From the IMG/VR virus record IMGVR_UViG_3300034375_006485: a DNA stretch of 64,000 bases, one strand, 5' to 3'. Below, one piece after another: positions 57,741 to 64,000 of the stretch (position 1 is the stretch's first letter; each line of letters begins with the position of its first letter). The DNA comes from an uncultured virus (IMG/VR IMGVR_UViG_3300034375_006485) (lineage: Duplodnaviria; Heunggongvirae; Uroviricota; Caudoviricetes). Under the pieces are notes generated by a model. It was not told where the DNA came from. It ran no database searches and saw nothing but the letters and a program-made list of their open reading frames with translations. The position numbers and the translations under genes are program-made.

Positions 57741-58525
57741 AACACAATCCAATCACTACAATATATATCCTTAGTTTCAAGGTGTGCATTATTTGGACCA
57801 AACCATTCCTTAGGAGCAACAATAGTTTTTGCCTCCGATATATAAGCTCCCCACCAACTAAAAGTACTACTAGCAGTAATGATATATTGACACTTTGTCA
57901 TCAGACATAGGTCAAGATATGCATCATCAGTTTCAGAAACTAAGAACCTATCAGAAGAAAAAATAGATTGCTTTTTGCACCATGCAGGATCATCAGAAAA
58001 GATTAGAACCTCACAATCTCCAGGAATCTGATTCAAAGCTAGTTGAAAATAGTTTTCATTCTGAGAGTTATGACTCGGATTATTTACATAATCAGTTCTT
58101 CTAATGTGAATAGCGGCAACGTTTTCACTAAAAGAATCTCTTACTTCAGTTGCAACAGATTCATATTCCGATTTAAATTTAAAATCTTTTTTGATTTCAT
58201 CTTTAATATGATCAAACCATTTAGCACTTTGAAAGAAACCAAATAAGTTTACGTTTCCTTCTGGTAGATTTTCAAATAACTCTGGATCAAATCCAAACCC
58301 TTTCTCCTGAACAGTAGGAAAATCAGAGATACCACGTTGGCAAACAATGTCAAAGCAATCGTCAATATTACTTCTAAGTTTTGTATAATAATGTTTACCA
58401 AATACCTCAGTTGGAGGAATCATAAAATCCTTACCATGCTTTACAGCAATACCTTTAGTAGCTGCGTACTGGAACATTTGATTTCCCAAATGTCCATTAT
58501 TACCAAGATGATTAAACGATATCAT
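57737..58525 (-). CDS. GT11 alpha-1,2-fucosyltransferase-like
   Basis: G.LGNQMFQY, HIRRTDY, STFSWWGA. Confidence 0.9.
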   Translation of the reverse strand: MISFNHLGNNGHLGNQMFQYAATKGIAVKHGKDFMIPPTEVFGKHYYTKLRSNIDDCFDIVCQRGISDFPTVQEKGFGFDPELFENLPEGNVNLFGFFQSAKWFDHIKDEIKKDFKFKSEYESVATEVRDSFSENVAAIHIRRTDYVNNPSHNSQNENYFQLALNQIPGDCEVLIFSDDPAWCKKQSIFSSDRFLVSETDDAYLDLCLMTKCQYIITASSTFSWWGAYISEAKTIVAPKEWFGPNNAHLETKDIYCSDWIVL

Positions 58526-59321
58526 AGTTTTCTAAAATAAAATCTTCTAGCACTCCAATCTTTTTAACACGCTCTAGATTATCTTCTATAGCATCCATTT
58601 TATCATAATAGATTTCTTCAGAAACTTCAAACTCCTCAGTGAGTTCAATAATACCTTCTGCATTAAAATACTCACTGATAGAAGGAGATCCCATATAGAC
58701 TGGAATAGTTCCAGTTGCAAAACAATCTAAAATCTTTTCAGTATGATAGGAATCGTAGAATCCATTCTCAATCGCCACTGAAAACATATAATCACAAAGT
58801 CCTTCTTCTTTCAAAGGGATTTCATTAAATCCTCTACCAAAAAGATCCACTTGATCACCAATCATATCAACCCATTTTAGTCTGAGTTTATGTCCTGGTG
58901 TACTATTTTTATTTGATGTAATAAAAGATAGCATCTTTGTTTTTGGATATACTTGTGGATCTTTAATCCAAGTTCCATTTGGAGGACACCATTTAAATCT
59001 CTCATCAAGATCCAATAGTTCTTTATTGTGAGTGAAAATATATCTAAAAACTTCTAGATATTCTTTATAATCTCTTTTTACATCATTAACAATATCTGGA
59101 GTAACATACTTTGACTCTAGCAACCACCCATATTTAATACCTTTTACATTATCAGAGAATGCTTGTGTCATGCTCCGATCAACATAAAATGAAATCCCAT
59201 TGCTATCATCAAAAACCCACTCTACAGTTTTTGCTTCTTTCCCATGAACAGAGTATCCTTTATTTCCATGAGTGAGATGGGTAAAAGAATCTCCAACCAA
59301 ATTTAACTTAGTTTTACTCAT
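58512..59321 (-). CDS. GT10 alpha-1,3-fucosyltransferase-like
   Basis: Y.FSVAIEN....Y.TEKI.D.F..GTIPVY.G; start MSKTK at 59321. Confidence 0.8.
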   Translation of the reverse strand: MSKTKLNLVGDSFTHLTHGNKGYSVHGKEAKTVEWVFDDSNGISFYVDRSMTQAFSDNVKGIKYGWLLESKYVTPDIVNDVKRDYKEYLEVFRYIFTHNKELLDLDERFKWCPPNGTWIKDPQVYPKTKMLSFITSNKNSTPGHKLRLKWVDMIGDQVDLFGRGFNEIPLKEEGLCDYMFSVAIENGFYDSYHTEKILDCFATGTIPVYMGSPSISEYFNAEGIIELTEEFEVSEEIYYDKMDAIEDNLERVKKIGVLEDFILENYDIV

Positions 59322-59667
59322 CAAATACACCCTTGTAAAGTTTAACACTATCTTCCCTGATAGGAGTTCCATTAACAATGGAATCTTCAACTAGAAGATT
59401 AATAGCTTGGACCAGTTTAGGTCTTTTTACTTTGAAGCAGATATCGATCTTTTTCTTTAGTTGAGCAATCTCTTCATCAGTTGTTGCTTCCTGAATGGCA
59501 TCTTCTAACATCCAAGTTCTAATATGAAGAATAGCAAGTTTCTCCACAACTTCCCCAAGATTATCTGTTGCAATATACTCAACATCAGGGATCTCTCTCT
59601 TGGAAAGAAATGTTTTAATAGTTTCTTGAAGACAATCTTCTAAAAGTGTTCCGAATGTAGTAATCAT
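59314..59667 (-). CDS. Small helical protein (DUF4254-like)
   Basis: KLAILHIRTW..ED...R..L+..IN; start MITT at 59667. Confidence 0.55.
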   Translation of the reverse strand: MITTFGTLLEDCLQETIKTFLSKREIPDVEYIATDNLGEVVEKLAILHIRTWMLEDAIQEATTDEEIAQLKKKIDICFKVKRPKLVQAINLLVEDSIVNGTPIREDSVKLYKGVFDE

Positions 59668-59668
59668 T

Positions 59669-60535
59669 TTAGTACATAATAGGTTTTTTGATTTCAGTTT
59701 CAATCAAATCATATACAACATTTAAGTTGTGTTGATCTGTATTAACTTGCTTTGCTACTGAGTTGTCATACCAAATGCCTTCACTAGGATACTTAGAAAA
59801 ACTAATATAAGTTTTTGTCTTATCCAAAAGATTTTTTTTAGTATGTGTGTAGCAATATGGACCAGATGCCCTTCCAATTATTATATCACATGATATTGAA
59901 ATATATGATATTAGGAGAAGGTCGCAATCGATATTACCAGTTATCTGAGGAACTCTGATAATGCTTTCATGATTTATCTTTGTTTTATTAGTCATCAAGA
60001 AAGCAACCTTAGGATATTCTTTAGCAAGGCGCTCTATAACTGGATCAAAATCAAAGTTTTTAATCTGACCAGACATGCAATCATTATTACATACCAAAAC
60101 TATTTTGTCATAACAGGCTCTTATTGTACACAAATCATTGATTACATTATCTGGAACATATGGATCCATATCAAAGAACTTTACTGTAGGCAAAAGATCT
60201 TCTTCATGATCATATTTAATGCCATAGTATTGAAAGATTTCATCTGCTAGAGGAACATATCCCCTAAAAGAACATGCATCTTTTTTAACAAACTTTGCTT
60301 TTTCTTTCCCAATCCAAGTGTTGATAAGATTTTCCTTATAGTTGTTTGCACCTCTTGGGATATGAATATTTGGGTTTGTGGGACCAGCATACAATCCTGG
60401 ATAATCATTTAGAATTTTAGGATTCATTCTATGATAATACTTTACATCAAAATCATTTTTTAAAAACTGATCGATGATTATCCTAGAATAAAAAACATCA
60501 CCATTATGAAAATCATTATAAAGTTTAATAGTCAT
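59669..60535 (-). CDS. Hypothetical protein, possibly a GT-B glycosyltransferase
   Basis: HNGD start motif, CD.IIG..SGP; position within the operon. Confidence 0.55.
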   Translation of the reverse strand: MTIKLYNDFHNGDVFYSRIIIDQFLKNDFDVKYYHRMNPKILNDYPGLYAGPTNPNIHIPRGANNYKENLINTWIGKEKAKFVKKDACSFRGYVPLADEIFQYYGIKYDHEEDLLPTVKFFDMDPYVPDNVINDLCTIRACYDKIVLVCNNDCMSGQIKNFDFDPVIERLAKEYPKVAFLMTNKTKINHESIIRVPQITGNIDCDLLLISYISISCDIIIGRASGPYCYTHTKKNLLDKTKTYISFSKYPSEGIWYDNSVAKQVNTDQHNLNVVYDLIETEIKKPIMY

Positions 60536-61692
60536 AATACTTCTAAAATATCAGATAAAAGTTGTAGATGATCTGGACCAACAAACTGACTGTTACCAAT
60601 ATAAATCCCATTTTCATGAATAAGATCTACATTTAAAGTACCTTCTTTGTTACTGCAGATTTCATAGTTTAAGTATGGTTGTCGTAACAAGTTTCCACCA
60701 ACAACTGGTCGATATTCAACTCCACGGTCAATAAGAAGATCAATAAGACGCTTCTTAACTTCAACCGTTTTACAGATTAATGGAAAGCAAAAAGAACTAT
60801 TTCCAAGGTTATGTGCAATGGGGTAAAGTTTAGAGCAGTTGTTTACAATATCAACATACTCATCATAGTTTTCTCTCCTAATATCAATAATTGTATCAAG
60901 ACGTTTTAGTTGAGAAGATCCAAGCACGGCACCTAACTCAGTATTCCTAAAGTTATACCCATCAGTTACAAACAAAAAAGACTTTTCAATCTCTGGGTTT
61001 TGTTTAGAATAATAGTCAAAATGATCAGATGCTCTAGCAAGACCATGCGTTCTTTTCATCTTCATCAGATCATATAGCTCACTATTGTTAGTAGAAATCA
61101 TTCCACCTTCAATGGTTGACATATGGTGTCCAAAGTAAAAACTGAACGTAGATCCTAGACTATTAGAACCAACTTTTTCTCCAAGTAGTTCACATCCATG
61201 AGATTCGCATACATCATCTAAAAAGATGGCGTCTGGAAAATAGGACTTATATACAGGAACATTGGCAGGAATACCAAGCAAGTGTGTTACAAAAACTAAC
61301 TTAATATCTGGATGTTGTTCTTTAACATACTGCAAGGATTCTAAATCAAATCCATAATCTTCCAAACTAACGTCACAAAAAATAGGAGTAAGTCCAAGTT
61401 GAAAGATGGGATTAATATTTGTCACCCATGTACATGCTGGTAGCAAAACTTTATCTCCTCTCTTGAGTCCATAAAGTTCCATAACTGCAGCAATAAGAAG
61501 AAAGTTTGCCGTACTGCCAGAGGTTACATAAAGAGAATGTTTACAACCTAACCAGTTAGACCACTCATCCTCAAACTTTTTTACTCTTTCTCCTTGAGTA
61601 AATCTATCTGACGTAAGAATAAACTTTGCTAATTTTAATCTGTCCATAAAAGACAGAGTATTTTTCATCAATGGCCAGTTATACCCTTTCAT
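60532..61692 (-). CDS. DegT/DnrJ-fold PLP enzyme, ColD-like GDP-4-keto-6-deoxymannose 3-dehydratase
   Basis: SGS.AN, D.CESHG, SFYFGHHMSTIEGG with His at the usual Lys position. Confidence 0.8.
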   Translation of the reverse strand: MKGYNWPLMKNTLSFMDRLKLAKFILTSDRFTQGERVKKFEDEWSNWLGCKHSLYVTSGSTANFLLIAAVMELYGLKRGDKVLLPACTWVTNINPIFQLGLTPIFCDVSLEDYGFDLESLQYVKEQHPDIKLVFVTHLLGIPANVPVYKSYFPDAIFLDDVCESHGCELLGEKVGSNSLGSTFSFYFGHHMSTIEGGMISTNNSELYDLMKMKRTHGLARASDHFDYYSKQNPEIEKSFLFVTDGYNFRNTELGAVLGSSQLKRLDTIIDIRRENYDEYVDIVNNCSKLYPIAHNLGNSSFCFPLICKTVEVKKRLIDLLIDRGVEYRPVVGGNLLRQPYLNYEICSNKEGTLNVDLIHENGIYIGNSQFVGPDHLQLLSDILEVL

Positions 61693-62623
61693 ATGTGCTC
61701 CTATTCTTCAAGAACCAATCAATAGTAATCTTAAGACCATCTTCTAAATTTGTTTTAGCAGACCAGTTTAATGATTTCATTTTAGAAGTATCCAACGCTC
61801 TCCTCGGAGTTCCGTTGGGTTTTGACGTATCCCATGAGATAAGTCCTTCATAACCAACATACTTTGCAACGATTTCTGATAACTCCCTGATACTAACTTC
61901 CCGATCTGGTCCAATATTTATAATCTCTGGATCATCATAGTTATTCATCAAAAAGATAAGACCATCTGCTAAATCATCAGAGAATAAAAACTCTCTAGTA
62001 GGACTACCATCACCAAAACAAGTTACAATAAGACTATTATTATCTTTTGCAGTGATAAACTTATTAATAAAACTTGGAATAACATGACACTTTTCGATAT
62101 TGAAGTTGTCATTGATTCCATATAGATTGTTTGGCATTACAGAAATAGTATCAAAACCATATTGCTCTGAATACTTTTTACACATAATGTAACCAGAGAT
62201 TTTTGCCAGTGAATATGCAATGTTAGTCTCCTCTAAAGGAGAAGTCATTAAATATTCTTCTTTGATTGGTACTGGAGCATGTTTAGGATAGATACATGCT
62301 GATCCAAGAAATGCAAGTTTTTTAGCTGCGTTTTGATATGCTGCATCTATAACATTTGTTTGGATCTGTAGATTATCTCTAATAAAATCGGCAGGGATTG
62401 CTTTGTTATAACTAATACCACCTACTCTTGCAGCAGAAAGAAACACATACTCAGGTTTATGATATTCAAAAAAGTCTTCTACATCAACTTGACGAGTAAG
62501 ATCTACTTTTGATTTATCTGCTGTAATAATATTGGAATATCCTTGGTTTGTAAGTTGCCTGATTAGAGCAGATCCTACTAGACCTTTATGTCCTGCAACA
62601 TAAATTTTCGAATCATGATTCAT
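61679..62623 (-). CDS. fcl: GDP-L-fucose synthase / ColC-like reductase
   Basis: VAGH.GLVGSA, AARVGGI, GS.CIYP, Y..AK, REFL..DD. Confidence 0.9.
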   Translation of the reverse strand: MNHDSKIYVAGHKGLVGSALIRQLTNQGYSNIITADKSKVDLTRQVDVEDFFEYHKPEYVFLSAARVGGISYNKAIPADFIRDNLQIQTNVIDAAYQNAAKKLAFLGSACIYPKHAPVPIKEEYLMTSPLEETNIAYSLAKISGYIMCKKYSEQYGFDTISVMPNNLYGINDNFNIEKCHVIPSFINKFITAKDNNSLIVTCFGDGSPTREFLFSDDLADGLIFLMNNYDDPEIINIGPDREVSIRELSEIVAKYVGYEGLISWDTSKPNGTPRRALDTSKMKSLNWSAKTNLEDGLKITIDWFLKNRSTYERV

Positions 62624-63614
62624 TTTGACACATCTCCATAACTAGATCACAAAAAGATACAGTTGGTTCCCAACCAAGTTGTTCTTTTGCTTTTGTTGGA
62701 TCTCCCAAAAGAGTTTTTACTTCTGCTGGTCGATAATATTTTGGATTAACTGTAACAATGGTTTTTTTAGTCTTTTGATCCATACCAATCTCATCTTCAC
62801 CACTACCATGCCACTCAATATCCATTCCAAAATAAGGAGCTGCTTTTTCTACAAACTCTCGAACAGAATGCTGAACACCAGTAGCAATGACATAATCTTC
62901 AGGAGTTTCTTGCTGGAGCATCATCCACATTGCTTTACAATAGTCTCTGGCATGTCCCCAATCCCTCTTTGCATCTAGATTTCCAAGTTGCAGAAGAGTT
63001 TGCTTCCCTTCAGAGATTGCTTTTAGTCCTCGTACAATTTTACGAGTTACAAATGTCTCACCGCGTCGTGGAGATTCGTGATTAAAAAGAATACCACTAC
63101 AGGCATACATTCCATATGACTCACGATAGTTCTTTACAATCCAATATCCATACAGTTTTGCAACACCATATGGAGAACGTGGATAAAAAGGTGTCGTTTC
63201 TGTTTGAGGAATCTCTTGCACCTTTCCATAGAGTTCGCTAGTAGATGCTTGGTAAATACGAATCTTATCTTCCATACCCAGAAGACGAACTGCCTCAAGG
63301 ACTCTAAGAGTGCCCAGTCCATCAGTCTGTCCTGTGTACTCAGGCATCTCAAACGATACCTTGACGTGACTCTGAGCGCCAAGATTATAGATTTCGTCTG
63401 GTTGAACTTGCTGAATAACCCCTACTAGGTTAGTAGAATCAGTCAAATCTCCATAATGAAGATTAAGTTTATCGTAAATATGATCAATACGATGTGTGTT
63501 GATCAAAGAAGCACGACGAACAATACCATGAACTTCATAACCTTTTTCAAGGAGAAGTTCTGCGAGGTATGAACCGTCTTGTCCCGTAATACCAGTGATT
63601 AAAGCTTTTTTCAT
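62613..63614 (-). CDS. gmd: GDP-mannose 4,6-dehydratase
   Basis: [43 protein letters not shown]. Confidence 0.97.
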   Translation of the reverse strand: MKKALITGITGQDGSYLAELLLEKGYEVHGIVRRASLINTHRIDHIYDKLNLHYGDLTDSTNLVGVIQQVQPDEIYNLGAQSHVKVSFEMPEYTGQTDGLGTLRVLEAVRLLGMEDKIRIYQASTSELYGKVQEIPQTETTPFYPRSPYGVAKLYGYWIVKNYRESYGMYACSGILFNHESPRRGETFVTRKIVRGLKAISEGKQTLLQLGNLDAKRDWGHARDYCKAMWMMLQQETPEDYVIATGVQHSVREFVEKAAPYFGMDIEWHGSGEDEIGMDQKTKKTIVTVNPKYYRPAEVKTLLGDPTKAKEQLGWEPTVSFCDLVMEMCQNES

Positions 63615-63617
63615 AAA

Positions 63618-63971
63618 TCAAACTCTTCCAAAATCATCTTCAAGTCTAACAATGTCATCCTCATCGCAAGGATCACCAATCTGAACTTCAATAAGGGTTA
63701 TTCCTGTTTCGCCTCCCGTAACTCTATGCACAGTAGTTCTTGGTACAAAAATAAAGTCTCCAACTTTTACATCTCTTTCAGACTCACCCACAATAACTTT
63801 AGCATCTCCTTGAACAACTGTCCAGTATTCGTTTCTTAAGTTATGATACTGGAGAGAAAAACTTTTTCCAGGATCGACATAAAGTCTTTTACATTTATAG
63901 TTGGAGGTTTCGGAAAAAACTTCCTCATACCACCCCCAAGGTTTTTCAACTCTTTCCATGTACATAAACAT
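63618..63971 (-). CDS. Cupin-type mannose-6-phosphate isomerase domain protein
   Basis: KPWG.Y, SLQYH..R.E.W, IEVQ.G...EDDIVRLED.FGR; exact start uncertain (63971, 63965 or 63959). Confidence 0.88.
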   Translation of the reverse strand: MFMYMERVEKPWGWYEEVFSETSNYKCKRLYVDPGKSFSLQYHNLRNEYWTVVQGDAKVIVGESERDVKVGDFIFVPRTTVHRVTGGETGITLIEVQIGDPCDEDDIVRLEDDFGRV

Positions 63972-64000
63972 AGTGACTATGATATGTATACAAGAAAAAA

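Noticed and set aside
1..64000. tRNA genes or stop-codon reassignment
   Set aside because: No cloverleaf or T-loop signature was seen in the short intergenic gaps, and known genes are full length in the standard code

Overview
This window is a segment of a large T4-like cyanomyophage (Kyanoviridae-type) genome. Essentially all real genes lie on the minus strand. Reading right to left in the direction of transcription: (1) A sugar-nucleotide/glycosyltransferase operon (cupin Man-6-P isomerase, gmd, fcl/colC-like, ColD-like PLP enzyme, GT10/11/25/6/4, sulfotransferase, HtrL), followed by ho1 and cpeT. (2) A ~30 kb virion-fibre block, including a 3349-aa protein whose repeats are arranged as balanced nested (matryoshka) insertions and a 4415-aa proline-poor Gly-X-Gln collagen-like fibre with 15 globular beads and an S74 chaperone. 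(3) A second methyltransferase/glycosyltransferase operon ending in pcyA. (4) Photosynthesis/redox auxiliary genes (two hli, petF, thioredoxin-like, psbA with a PhotoRC-II-like leader) mixed with small structural genes. (5) A candidate capsid-packaged SAM-lyase-like protein and early genes with a shared upstream motif. Two gene remnants (an internally deleted SNase-like nuclease and a gmd C-terminal fragment) and several small ORFs missed by the track were read by hand. All family calls come from motif recognition, not database searches.
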